A stretch of 64,000 nucleotides of DNA from Salinivirgaceae bacterium (GCA_017474765.1 JAFVGW010000023.1:68606-132605); one strand, 5' to 3'. Counted from the first letter of the stretch, positions 37,949 to 46,637 are shown. Notes: a model not told the origin generated them from the letters alone. Made by a program: numbers and translations.

Positions 37949-38409
37949 CTTGCAATGCGATGAAATTCCACCCAAAAAAAATTTTTCCTTTTCCAACCTA
38001 CTTTTTATACTTTTGTCTTGCTATGCGTTTTATGCCGTAAAGCATAATTTGCAAGCAGGCATATAGAAAGACGTTTACTGACGTTTTCCTTTGACAGTTC
38101 GGAACTTCGGAAATTTTGAATCTATCGTCAAAGAGAAGGCAATTGTGAACGCCCGTTTTGGTGTATGGAACACATAACATCTGTAAGGTGTTATGATTTT
38201 TATATGGCCAAACGTGGCTTTCGCGTTGCTCAATCTTACGATAGAAGGCAATCCGAAGGCCGCGAACTGTGGGAGCGAGTAACAAGATTCCCACGTTTTT
38301 TTATATGTGTAGCCAACAAACGTTTTTTTTCATTGCCTGACTGGGGAGTCGCAAGCACAAATTTTGTATAACAAGAAGTTGCGCACGACACGAATAAGTG
38401 TATCAGACA

Positions 38410-39975
38410 ATGAAAAAGATTTTTTTATTAACTGTCGCCGCAATGCTTGCAGTGAAGGCGTGGGCGGCCGATTTTGAAGTTGATGGGTTATATTACAACA
38501 TTACAATCAGTGGAGATACCAATACTGTGGAAGTGACATACGAAACTCACGGCAGTGGAAATTATTCGGGTGTGACAGAAGTCGAAATACCAGAGACGGT
38601 AAAACATTTTGGAATAGAATATACTGTTACTGGCATTGGCAGAGAAGCGTTTGCATACACCAATGAATTAACTTCAGTGTCTATTCCTAACACTGTTGTG
38701 AAATTTGATGCATCATCATTCTCTGCCTGTGTCGGTTTGGTAAAGGTTGAATTTGCAAGCATCGAATATTTATGCGGAATAAATTTTACTAATTTTAATG
38801 AAAATCCGTTAAGCAAAGCGCGTCATCTATACATAAAAGGTGAAGAAAATGAAATTACAGAATTGGTGATACCCAATACGGTGACCGCAATTGGCGATTA
38901 TACATTTGCTTATTGCAGCAGCATTACATCTGTAACCATACCAAATTCAGTGACAAGTATTGGAACTAACGCATTCTATTATTGCAGAGGGTTGACATCA
39001 GTAACCATTCCTAATTCAGTTATTAGTATGGGCAACGGATTGTTTTTTTATTGCGACGGGTTGGAATCCGCAACACTACCCGACGGAATAACAAACATTG
39101 GAAATGGAATGTTCTGTATGTGTGGCAGTCTGGCATCAGTAAACATTCCCAATTCGGTAATAGGCATTGGAACACAGGCGTTTAACGGTTGCGTCAGTTT
39201 AATAACTATTGACATTCCGAATTCTGTGACAAGTATTGGTAGCGGGGCATTTAAGGGGTGTAGCGGTTTAGCATCAATTGATATTCCTGATTCAGTGACA
39301 AGCATTGGTAGTGAGGCGTTTATGTCTTGCAAAGGTCTAACATCGGTAATAATTCCTAATTCAGTAACCAGCATTGAAGGCTTTACATTTTCTGGTTGCA
39401 GCGGGCTTTCATTGGTAACCATTCCTAATTCTGTGATTAGTATTAATCATAGTGCTTTTTCCGACAATACAGCATTATCAACCATAACAATACCAATCAG
39501 CGTTGAGCAAATGGATGGTTATGTGTTTAATGGATGCTCTAATTTAACTATCAGATGCGAAGCCGATTCAATTCCGCAGAATTGGGAATCAAAGTGGAAT
39601 CCAGACAACAGACCTGTAATTTGGAATTGCAATGGAACTGCAAACCAAGGTGGCAATGAGAACCAAGGCGGAAATGGTGAAGGAGGAGAGAACCAAGGTG
39701 GCAACAATGAAGGCAACGAGAACCAAGGTGGCAATGAAAACAATCCAGGCACAACCGTCACCGAATCAGCCGCCAACGCCATCAACATCTACACCCACCA
39801 CAACACCATAATTGTTGAGAACGCCACCGATGAAATCCGCGTTTACAACGCAATGGGCGCATTGGTCGGTAGGGACGTGGCGTGCCGCGTCCGAGCAGAA
39901 TTGCAGGTCAACGGTGCAGGCGTTTACATTGTCAAGGTTGGCACCGTCGCCAAACGTGTGATGATAAACGATTGA
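38410..39975 (+). CDS. BspA-type leucine-rich-repeat protein with T9SS type A C-terminal sorting domain (paralog of 19482-24491)
   Basis: ATG 38410 gives MKKIFLLTVAAMLAVKAWA. LRR units IPNSVTSIGxxAFxxCxGLTSV. Low-complexity NQGGNE linker. CTD AINIYTHHNTIIVENATDEIRVYNAMGALVGRD...GVYIVKVGTVAKRVMIND. Confidence 0.9.
   Translation: MKKIFLLTVAAMLAVKAWAADFEVDGLYYNITISGDTNTVEVTYETHGSGNYSGVTEVEIPETVKHFGIEYTVTGIGREAFAYTNELTSVSIPNTVVKFDASSFSACVGLVKVEFASIEYLCGINFTNFNENPLSKARHLYIKGEENEITELVIPNTVTAIGDYTFAYCSSITSVTIPNSVTSIGTNAFYYCRGLTSVTIPNSVISMGNGLFFYCDGLESATLPDGITNIGNGMFCMCGSLASVNIPNSVIGIGTQAFNGCVSLITIDIPNSVTSIGSGAFKGCSGLASIDIPDSVTSIGSEAFMSCKGLTSVIIPNSVTSIEGFTFSGCSGLSLVTIPNSVISINHSAFSDNTALSTITIPISVEQMDGYVFNGCSNLTIRCEADSIPQNWESKWNPDNRPVIWNCNGTANQGGNENQGGNGEGGENQGGNNEGNENQGGNENNPGTTVTESAANAINIYTHHNTIIVENATDEIRVYNAMGALVGRDVACRVRAELQVNGAGVYIVKVGTVAKRVMIND
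39643..39740 (+). repeat. Imperfect tandem coding repeat (aaccaaggtggcaa...; NQGGNE linker)
   Basis: aaccaagg recurs at 39643, 39661, 39691 and 39721. It encodes NQGGNENQGGNGEGGENQGGNNEGNENQGGNEN. Confidence 0.8.
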
Positions 39976-40009
39976 TAGGCAATTTATTATAACATATATG
40001 TAGGGGCGA

Positions 40010-40046
40010 ATAATCATTCGCCCCTACGTGTTTTTTGCCGCGTCCT
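40010..40046 (+). terminator. Hairpin terminator after LRR paralog 2
   Basis: gtaggggcgaat aatc attcgcccctac (12-bp stem), followed by gtg and T6. Confidence 0.65.
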
Positions 40047-40120
40047 ATCGGGCGGAAATTGTAAGAAAAATTGGAAATAAAATTTTTAAAATTCTAAAAA
40101 TCAAAATCATATCGTTATAA

Positions 40121-40533
40121 CAAACAATAGGGATTTGTCCCGTTAGGGACAACAGATTGGTAGAAATGTGCTACAAGGAAAACTGCGTGCCGTAGGTACG
40201 CAACGCGTTTTAATGTGGCGTACCTACGGCACGCTCATTCTATAACGAATGCCACATTCTACCAATCTTACGCACCTACGGCGCGTTTTTTTTGGGGGAA
40301 CCGCGCCCTTTTGGGCGGAAATGTAAAACCGCCTGAAAGGCGGCAACAATAATAACCGTGGGTTGAGCGAAGCGAAACCTACGGAACCAAATAGCACCAC
40401 ACAACCGCCTGAAAGGCGGAACTAAACTGAAAGTATCGCCTTTCAGGCGAGAGCCGAGTGGCGACATTTACCGTAAGCCGCGCTACGCTTGCATACGGTT
40501 ATGATTATTAGCGTCTTTCAGACGTTTCTGAAT
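40121..40533. repeat. Hairpin-rich repeat mosaic (REP/MITE-like), non-coding
   Basis: A nested 113-nt hairpin spans 40165-40277 (outer arms gattggtagaaatgtg / cacattctaccaatc; inner perfect 17-bp arms gcgtgccgtaggtacgc / gcgtacctacggcacgc). Other small hairpins are gtcccgttagggac, ccgcctgaaaggcgg x2, cgcctttcaggcg, cgtctttcagacg and cgcccttttgggcg. Confidence 0.75.
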
Positions 40534-40629
40534 AATTTTCAAAAATTTCCCGCGCAGCGGTCCGAAAAACCATTATCCGCTTGTGGATAAATTTCGGGTT
40601 TGTTTGGATAAGTTTGGTTAGAAAATAAA
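40534..40629. repeat. Direct repeat, left copy (partner 41731-41828), ending 4 nt before the Bro-N gene stop
   Basis: aattttcaaaaatttcccgcgcagcggtccgaaaaaccattatccgcttgtggataaatttcgggtttgtttggataagtttggttagaaaataaa. About ten mismatches to the right copy by eye. The 3' block cgggtttgtttggataagtttggttagaaa (30 nt) is identical. Confidence 0.85.
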
Positions 40630-40633
40630 CACA

Positions 40634-41500
40634 TTAAAAATCATTACCATTGTCAGGCAAATCATCGAATGGTAATTGAATGTTACCTAACTCTTTGGCA
40701 TTTTTAGGGCTGATGGTTTCACCGCCGCGTTCTTCCAACGACAATCTTGCATCTCTTGCAACTTCAGCGCCCGAAATAGCAGTTTGGGTACTTTCTTCTA
40801 AATTTTTGGGATTGCTTTTTTGCGATAGTTCCGTTGCTGATGCTTCGGCCAACATATTAAGAATCAACTCAATGTTGGTCATATTGTCGCGCAGATTCTC
40901 TTTTTTCAATCCTTTGAGCCGCTTATATTCTTTCGCCGACATATCAGCCCACGTTCTATACATCAAATCAGTAAGATAGGCATATTCCTGCCCCTGTTTA
41001 ACCCCCGACTTGTCCCATTCATCGGTCAGAGCCTTGCGCACTTCAATTGATTTTATGCGTTGGTTTATCCAGTTTTCGCTGTAACCTATGCGCCGATAAT
41101 TTCTGATAGCGCGGTCGATTGACAATTCTGGGTCAACACTTTCATCTAAAATCTCACTACCAACTCTCGCAAGCCATTGCTTTAATGGCTCGGCCTTTTT
41201 GCTTGGAACAGATTGAACTATTCTTAAAAGTTGTTCAGTATCAGCCACATCAGTCATTCGCATTTTACCATCGGTGGCTAACATTTTCAACTGCTTACAA
41301 TTTGTAAGCAGTTGACCTGCGCCTTCGGCTATCAACCTTTTTTTCAGTACCGCCCAATAAGTACTTGCCGAACGCGCATTTTCCTGGTCGGTAAGCGCAG
41401 CCACCACATCAACAATGGAAAAATACCAACGCTCTTCGTCATCATCCCATTTTGAACGAATTTTTCTGTTTTCGAAAAGTTGTATTTGGTTGCTTTCCAT
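40634..41500 (-). CDS. Bro-N domain protein (DinD-like, DNA-damage-inducible protein D family)
   Basis: N-terminus MESNQIQLFENRKIRSKWDDDEERWYFSIVDVVAALTDQENARSASTYWAVLKKRL is the Bro-N pattern. The C-terminal part resembles DinD-type proteins. Confidence 0.65.
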   Translation of the reverse strand: MESNQIQLFENRKIRSKWDDDEERWYFSIVDVVAALTDQENARSASTYWAVLKKRLIAEGAGQLLTNCKQLKMLATDGKMRMTDVADTEQLLRIVQSVPSKKAEPLKQWLARVGSEILDESVDPELSIDRAIRNYRRIGYSENWINQRIKSIEVRKALTDEWDKSGVKQGQEYAYLTDLMYRTWADMSAKEYKRLKGLKKENLRDNMTNIELILNMLAEASATELSQKSNPKNLEESTQTAISGAEVARDARLSLEERGGETISPKNAKELGNIQLPFDDLPDNGNDF

Positions 41501-41730
41501 ACCTGACTATATAAAAATGTTAACTCGTAACATCTGTGCACAATATTATAGCAAAAATAGAAAAATATGGTATCATTTCTGCTCAAATAGATAATACTTG
41601 CACTGCGAACGTACAACTACGCGCCCCTACGTGTTTTATGCCACGCCCTTTCGGGCAGAAATTTTTAAAAATTTTAAAACAAAATTATTCAATTTCAATT
41701 GATTATGGATTTTGTTTAATTTTTAAAACC

Positions 41731-41828
41731 AATTTTCTAAAAATTTCCCGCGCAGCAGCCCGAACCCCCATTATCCGCTTGCGGAAAAAACTCGGGTTTG
41801 TTTGGATAAGTTTGGTTAGAAATAAAAA
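41731..41828. repeat. Direct repeat, right copy (partner 40534-40629)
   Basis: aattttctaaaaatttcccgcgcagcagcccgaacccccattatccgcttgcggaaaaaactcgggtttgtttggataagtttggttagaaataaaa. It is preceded at 41622-41730 by a copy of the block found at 40030-40120. Confidence 0.85.
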
Positions 41829-41986
41829 ATCTGTTTGAATCGGACAAAATCGGTTAGAGAAATAAATCAGGGAATCATTTTTTTGAAGGAATGTTTTGCT
41901 ACCACATTCAATCCCCGCTCAATCTTTCTGTTAACGAATTTATGTTACCTTTGCCTTTCGTTAAAAAACAGTAACAATTCAAGAAA

Positions 41987-43333
41987 ATGTTTGAAAATCT
42001 GTCAGATAAACTCGAACGCTCTTTCAAGATTCTGAAAGGCGAGGGCAAAATCACCGAAATAAACGTTGCCGAAACGCTCAAAGAGGTGCGCAAAGCCCTG
42101 CTCGACGCCGACGTCAACTACAAAACCGCTAAGACATTCACCGATACCGTTAAGCAGAAAGCGCTGGGACAGAATGTGTTAACGTCAATCAAACCTGGGC
42201 AGTTGATGATTAAGATTGTCCACGACGAGTTGGTTGAACTGATGGGCTCGACGGCCGAAGACATTAATCTGAAGGGCAATCCGACAGTTATTCTGATTGC
42301 GGGTCTGCAAGGTTCGGGTAAGACAACCTTCAGCGGAAAACTCGCTAACCGCCTGAAAACCAAGCGCGGAAAGATGCCGCTTTTGATTGCGGGCGACGTT
42401 TATCGTCCTGCCGCTATTGACCAATTGAAAGTTCTTGGCCAACAGATTGGCGTTGAGGTATATACCGAGGAAGGCAACCAAAATCCCGTGCAGATTGCCA
42501 CCAACGGACTCAAATATGCGAAGCAGAAAGGTTTCGACCTTGTGATTGTCGATACGGCGGGCCGTCTGGCTGTTGATGAGCAGATGATGGACGAGATTGC
42601 CGCCATTAAAAAGGCCGTCACACCGCACGAGACCTTGTTTGTGGTCGATTCGATGACGGGTCAGGATGCGGTGAACACGGCCAAGGAGTTCAATGACCGT
42701 CTCGATTTCGACGGCGTTGTTCTGACCAAACTCGATGGCGACACCCGCGGCGGTGCGGCGCTTTCAATCCGTTCGGTGGTGAACAAGCCAATCAAGTTTG
42801 TTGGAATGGGCGAGAAGATGGACGCGCTCGACGTGTTCCACCCCGACCGTATGGCCGACCGCATTTTGGGTATGGGCGATATCGTCTCGTTGGTTGAGCG
42901 CGCTCAGGAGCAGTTCGATGCCGAAGAAGCCCGCGCCATTCAGAAGAAAATCGCCAAAAACACCTTCAATTTCAACGACTTCCTGTCGCAAATCAATCAG
43001 GTGAAGAAGATGGGCAATCTGAAAGACCTTGCGTCGATGATTCCTGGAATCGGCAAGGCTGTGAAGGATATGGATATCGACGACAACGCCTTCAAGGGCA
43101 TTGAGGCGATAATCGGCTCGATGACACCCGCCGAGCGCGAAACGCCCGCCATTATCAACGGCAGCCGTCGCAAGCGCATTGCAGCGGGCAGCGGCACTTC
43201 GATTCAGGAGGTTAATCGTCTGATGAAGCAGTTTGAAGACACCAGCAAGATGATGAAAATGGTGAGCGGCGGAGGCGCAAAAAGAATGGCGCAGATGATG
43301 AGCCAGATGAAAAATATGAGAGGAAGAATGTAG
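41987..43333 (+). CDS. ffh: Signal recognition particle protein Ffh
   Basis: MFENLSDKLERSFKILKGEGKITE. GTPase motifs GLQGSGKTTF, DTAGR and TKLDGD. M-domain with a Met-rich tail. Confidence 0.97.
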   Translation: MFENLSDKLERSFKILKGEGKITEINVAETLKEVRKALLDADVNYKTAKTFTDTVKQKALGQNVLTSIKPGQLMIKIVHDELVELMGSTAEDINLKGNPTVILIAGLQGSGKTTFSGKLANRLKTKRGKMPLLIAGDVYRPAAIDQLKVLGQQIGVEVYTEEGNQNPVQIATNGLKYAKQKGFDLVIVDTAGRLAVDEQMMDEIAAIKKAVTPHETLFVVDSMTGQDAVNTAKEFNDRLDFDGVVLTKLDGDTRGGAALSIRSVVNKPIKFVGMGEKMDALDVFHPDRMADRILGMGDIVSLVERAQEQFDAEEARAIQKKIAKNTFNFNDFLSQINQVKKMGNLKDLASMIPGIGKAVKDMDIDDNAFKGIEAIIGSMTPAERETPAIINGSRRKRIAAGSGTSIQEVNRLMKQFEDTSKMMKMVSGGGAKRMAQMMSQMKNMRGRM

Positions 43334-43448
43334 TGAGTAAAGAGTAAGGCGTAAAGAGTAAAGATTCGTCCAACAGCAAGCGCTCAACTCTCTCAACATT
43401 CTCAACATTACACTTTTCACATTAAACATTACACAAAAACATAATAGT
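43331..43448. repeat. Intergenic short-word repeat spacer (locus D)
   Basis: TAGTGA, then gtaaagagtaaggcgtaaagagtaaag ... ctcaactctctcaacattctcaacattacacttttcacattaaacattacac. Confidence 0.75.
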
Positions 43449-44330
43449 ATGCAACTAATTGACGGAAAGGCAATAAACCAGCAAATGCAGGCTGAAATTC
43501 TTCAGCAGGTTGAGGAGATGGTGAAAAACGGGCAGAAGCGCCCCAATTTGGCTGTGATTCAGGTTGGCGACGACGGTGCCAGCACCACTTACGTGAACAG
43601 CAAAATCAAGACTTGCCACGCTGTGGGTTTTGAATCCACCGATGTGCGCTTCCCCGCCGACATAACCGAGGCCGAACTGCTTGCCAAAATTGCCGAAATC
43701 AATGCCGACCCGAATGTCGATGGCTTGATTGTGCAACTGCCTTTGCCAAAGCATATTAGCGAGAATAAAGTTATCGAGGCAATCGACTACCGCAAAGATG
43801 TTGACGGTTTCCACCCAATCAACACAGGCCGTATGGCGATGAGTCTGCCAGCCTTCCTGCCCGCAACACCTGCGGGAATTATGGAGTTGCTGGCGCGCTA
43901 TAATATTGAAACCGAGGGGAAAGAGTGCGTTGTTTTGGGCCGTAGCAACATTGTCGGCACGCCAATCAGTCTGCTGATGTCACGCAAATCGAACCCAGGC
44001 AACGCCACTGTAACCATTTGCCACAGCCGCTCGAAAAATCTGAAAGAGATTTGCCGCCGCGCTGATATTCTGATAGTTGCAATCGGCAAGCCCGAGTTTG
44101 TAACCGCCGATATGATTAAGCCAGGCGCCGTAGTAATCGACGTTGGAATCCACCGTCTGCCTTCGACCGAGACCAAATCGGGCTTCAAACTCAAAGGCGA
44201 TGTCAAGTTTGATGAGGTGGCGCCCCTGTGCAGTTATATTACGCCCGTTCCTGGCGGTGTCGGCCCAATGACTATCATTAGTCTGCTGAAAAACACGCTT
44301 TTAGCGGGACAGCATAAGATTTACGAATAG
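43449..44330 (+). CDS. folD: Bifunctional methylenetetrahydrofolate dehydrogenase / methenyl-THF cyclohydrolase FolD
   Basis: MQLIDGKAI...[16 protein letters not shown]...VDGFHPIN...[12 protein letters not shown]...[11 protein letters not shown]. Confidence 0.97.
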   Translation: MQLIDGKAINQQMQAEILQQVEEMVKNGQKRPNLAVIQVGDDGASTTYVNSKIKTCHAVGFESTDVRFPADITEAELLAKIAEINADPNVDGLIVQLPLPKHISENKVIEAIDYRKDVDGFHPINTGRMAMSLPAFLPATPAGIMELLARYNIETEGKECVVLGRSNIVGTPISLLMSRKSNPGNATVTICHSRSKNLKEICRRADILIVAIGKPEFVTADMIKPGAVVIDVGIHRLPSTETKSGFKLKGDVKFDEVAPLCSYITPVPGGVGPMTIISLLKNTLLAGQHKIYE

Positions 44331-44350
44331 TTGATTTCGCGTCACGCGAA

Positions 44351-44737
44351 TCACTCTTCGTCCTCGCAAAAATGCTTGATTGCGCCGATGTAGTATTCGC
44401 GCCAGCCCTTGTTGATGTTGTCGAAGGCGTCGGCAGGAATGTTTGTGTGGCGTACTTCCACACTGGTGCCGTTCTTGTCGGGATGCAATTTGATGGTGGC
44501 GATTGACGGCTCGGCATTTTCCTCACCAAAATACCATTCCTGCTGAAGCAATTCGTTTTCAATCACTTTCAAGTTCCTGCCGACAATGTCGCCATCGAAA
44601 ATCGAGAATTCGTAGCCTTCCTCGGCACTCATATCGGCGGGCAGACTGCTCCACAACTCGATTGAGCGCGGATTGGTGAGCGACATGAACACGTCCTCGG
44701 GCGTGGCGTCGATGTATTGGTAGAATTTAATGTCCAT
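44351..44737 (-). CDS. SRPBCC (AHSA1/START-like) domain protein
   Basis: 128 aa. MDIKFYQYIDATPEDVFMSLTNPRSIELW... is typical of the activator-of-Hsp90-ATPase-homolog-like SRPBCC family. Confidence 0.6.
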   Translation of the reverse strand: MDIKFYQYIDATPEDVFMSLTNPRSIELWSSLPADMSAEEGYEFSIFDGDIVGRNLKVIENELLQQEWYFGEENAEPSIATIKLHPDKNGTSVEVRHTNIPADAFDNINKGWREYYIGAIKHFCEDEE

Positions 44738-45692
44738 AGTTTTGCAGATTGGTTTTTTTGTTGAAAGTAACTTCGTCGATGCTTCGCAAGTCTTCGCCTA
44801 TTTCTTCCACAAAGAAAAACGTCGCACCCCAACTGTGTTTGACTTTTAGATAAACCATTATCTCATTGTCAACGTTCATGATAATGCGAGTGATATGCTT
44901 GCCAGGCTGGTCAAATTCCAGAACTGTTTTTTGTTCGGGATATTGTTGGCGGAGTTTTTTTATCTCGTTTTCCTTCCATGCCTTTTTCTCCTCATCGCTC
45001 ATTTGTTTAGGCTGACTGACAGGCTTTTGCGTTGGTTTGCTGACAGTTTTTGCAGGAGCGGGTTTGGGCGCTGGTTGCACAGGTTTGGGTGCAGGCTCTT
45101 CGGCTTTTGGCGCAGGCTGCTCAATGGCTTTTTCTTTTGGCTTCGGTTCTTCTATGACGGGTTCAACTGGTTGTGTTACAATTGGTTCTGGCTCGATTGG
45201 TTCGGGTTGAGGCTCTGGTTCAGGCTCAATCGGTTTCGTCTCGAGCGTTGGCTCCACATCGGCAATTTCCACGACATCGTCCTCAACCATGGGTTCTTCA
45301 TCGATGCTGATGACCATTGCAACTTTCAGAGTCTCAAGTTCTTTCTGCGCTTGCACAACTTCGGCTTCAATGCGCTCATCGGCTTTGGCTTCGGCCTGCT
45401 TTTTTACTTCCTCTTGCGCAATTTGCTTGTTTTCAGCAATTTCTTTTATTCCGTCATCGATGTAGATGGTGCGGATGTCCTCAATCTTATAGCGTGGCAG
45501 TTTGGCATCGGGGTTGATTTTCAGAGCCTCGCGGTAGAAGTAGAGCGCTTCGGAGTACATCTTTGCATCGAAAGCGGTTTTGGCGTTCTGCATTGCAGCC
45601 TTGTACTGCTGCTCGCTTTCGGAATCTTGTGCTGATACAGAAAGAGTTACGAGCAGCAGAATCGCTATTGAAAATATATGTCGGAGAGTCAT
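44727..45692 (-). CDS. Hypothetical secreted protein: TPR-like N-terminus, Pro/Glu/Lys-rich linker, small C-terminal domain
   Basis: Signal peptide MTLRHIFSIAILLLVTLSVSAQ. Linker EPEPEPQPEPIEPEPIVTQPVEPVIEEPKPKEK...APKPVQPAPKPAPAK. Overlaps the next gene by 11 nt. Confidence 0.6.
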   Translation of the reverse strand: MTLRHIFSIAILLLVTLSVSAQDSESEQQYKAAMQNAKTAFDAKMYSEALYFYREALKINPDAKLPRYKIEDIRTIYIDDGIKEIAENKQIAQEEVKKQAEAKADERIEAEVVQAQKELETLKVAMVISIDEEPMVEDDVVEIADVEPTLETKPIEPEPEPQPEPIEPEPIVTQPVEPVIEEPKPKEKAIEQPAPKAEEPAPKPVQPAPKPAPAKTVSKPTQKPVSQPKQMSDEEKKAWKENEIKKLRQQYPEQKTVLEFDQPGKHITRIIMNVDNEIMVYLKVKHSWGATFFFVEEIGEDLRSIDEVTFNKKTNLQNYGH

Positions 45693-45752
45693 CGTTTGAT
45701 TTTCTTTCGTTTAAAAACGCTTTAAAACGTGCCAAAATTGCACATTTTTTGG

Positions 45753-45783
45753 CAAAAAAAACGCAAGCCGAATCGACTTGCGT
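45753..45783 (-). terminator. Rho-independent terminator of the pyridoxal-kinase-family gene
   Basis: The minus strand reads acgcaag tcgattcgg cttgcgt followed by T8. Lies 20 nt after the stop. Confidence 0.6.
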
Positions 45784-45803
45784 AGTATTTGTTCAGAAAG
45801 GAT

Positions 45804-46637
45804 TTATTTCCCTAACATCTTCAATAAATCAGCGATTGCTGTCTCGAACTTGCAGCCGTACCAGTGGTTCGAGCCGTCTTGAGTGTTCTCGATGCACTTA
45901 ACGGTGTAGTCGGCAGCGATTTTTGCGGCATCGTAGGCAGGTTTGCCGTTCATCAGCGCGCCCACAAAAGCCGAAGCGTAAACATCGCCAGTACCGTGGC
46001 TGCCTTGCGCTATTTTCTTGTGTTCGTAGTATTTATACTCGCCGTTCTCGTAAACCACCACGCCCGTGGTCTCAGGCTTGTAACTTACGCCCGTAAGAAT
46101 CACATTTTTAGAGTCGTTGGCCACAAGTTTCTGCAGCAGATCCATAATGTAAGCCTTGTCATATTCGGTTTTGTACTCGCTGCCTGTGATGAAGCAGGCC
46201 TCGGTGATGTTCGGCAGAACGTAATCGGCTTTGGCACAGAGTTTTGCCATTGCTTTCACAAACACGTCGTCGAAACCGTAGTAGAGCGTGCCATTGTCGG
46301 CCATTGCGGGGTCGATGATGATTTTCGCGCCAGCCTCGAGCGTCGAGTTTATGATGCTGATAACGTAGTCGATTTGCTTTGTACTGCCCAGATAACCAGT
46401 GTAGATGGCCTCGAACTTGATGCCTTCTTTGTTCCAGTGCTGCTCAATGAGCGGCATATCTTCGGTCAGGTCGCGGAAGGTGAAGCCCTTGAAGCCGCCC
46501 GTGTGAGTCGATAGCACAGCCGAAGGCAGAACAGCGGTCTCAACGCCGCAGGCTGATATTATAGGAAGCGCAACAGTGAGCGAGCACTGTCCGACGCACG
46601 AAATGTCTTGAATGGTGAGAATCCTTTTGTAACTCAT
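45804..46637 (-). CDS. Pyridoxamine/pyridoxal kinase (PdxK/PdxY family, ribokinase fold)
   Basis: MSYKRILTIQDISCVGQCSLTVALPIISACGVETAVLPSAVLSTHTGGF...TGYLGS...GTGDVYASAF. Confidence 0.8.
   Translation of the reverse strand: MSYKRILTIQDISCVGQCSLTVALPIISACGVETAVLPSAVLSTHTGGFKGFTFRDLTEDMPLIEQHWNKEGIKFEAIYTGYLGSTKQIDYVISIINSTLEAGAKIIIDPAMADNGTLYYGFDDVFVKAMAKLCAKADYVLPNITEACFITGSEYKTEYDKAYIMDLLQKLVANDSKNVILTGVSYKPETTGVVVYENGEYKYYEHKKIAQGSHGTGDVYASAFVGALMNGKPAYDAAKIAADYTVKCIENTQDGSNHWYGCKFETAIADLLKMLGK

Noticed and set aside
37998-38371. ORFs of 98 aa (minus strand) and 68 aa (plus strand) in the long gap upstream of LRR paralog 2
   Set aside because: They overlap each other on opposite strands and their composition looks random. 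There is no signal peptide or motif, and one runs through a terminator-like hairpin.
40276-40467. 63-aa ORF inside the hairpin mosaic (also 39766-40017 and 41536-41838)
   Set aside because: These are translations of palindromic repeat DNA, for example MIIRPY from attcgcccctac. Such ORFs are artefacts of hairpin elements.
43334-43448. Possible ZTP or THF riboswitch upstream of folD (also considered upstream of glyA at 59305-59336)
   Set aside because: The sequence is low-complexity word repeats with no pseudoknot-forming GGGTCGTGAC / CCGCCTGGGCA-like cores. The glyA leader is only 32 nt.
44895-45635. 246-aa plus-strand ORF rich in F/L/W/G/R
   Set aside because: It is the complement of the Pro/Glu/Lys-rich linker of the minus-strand secreted protein. 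It is a low-complexity artefact.
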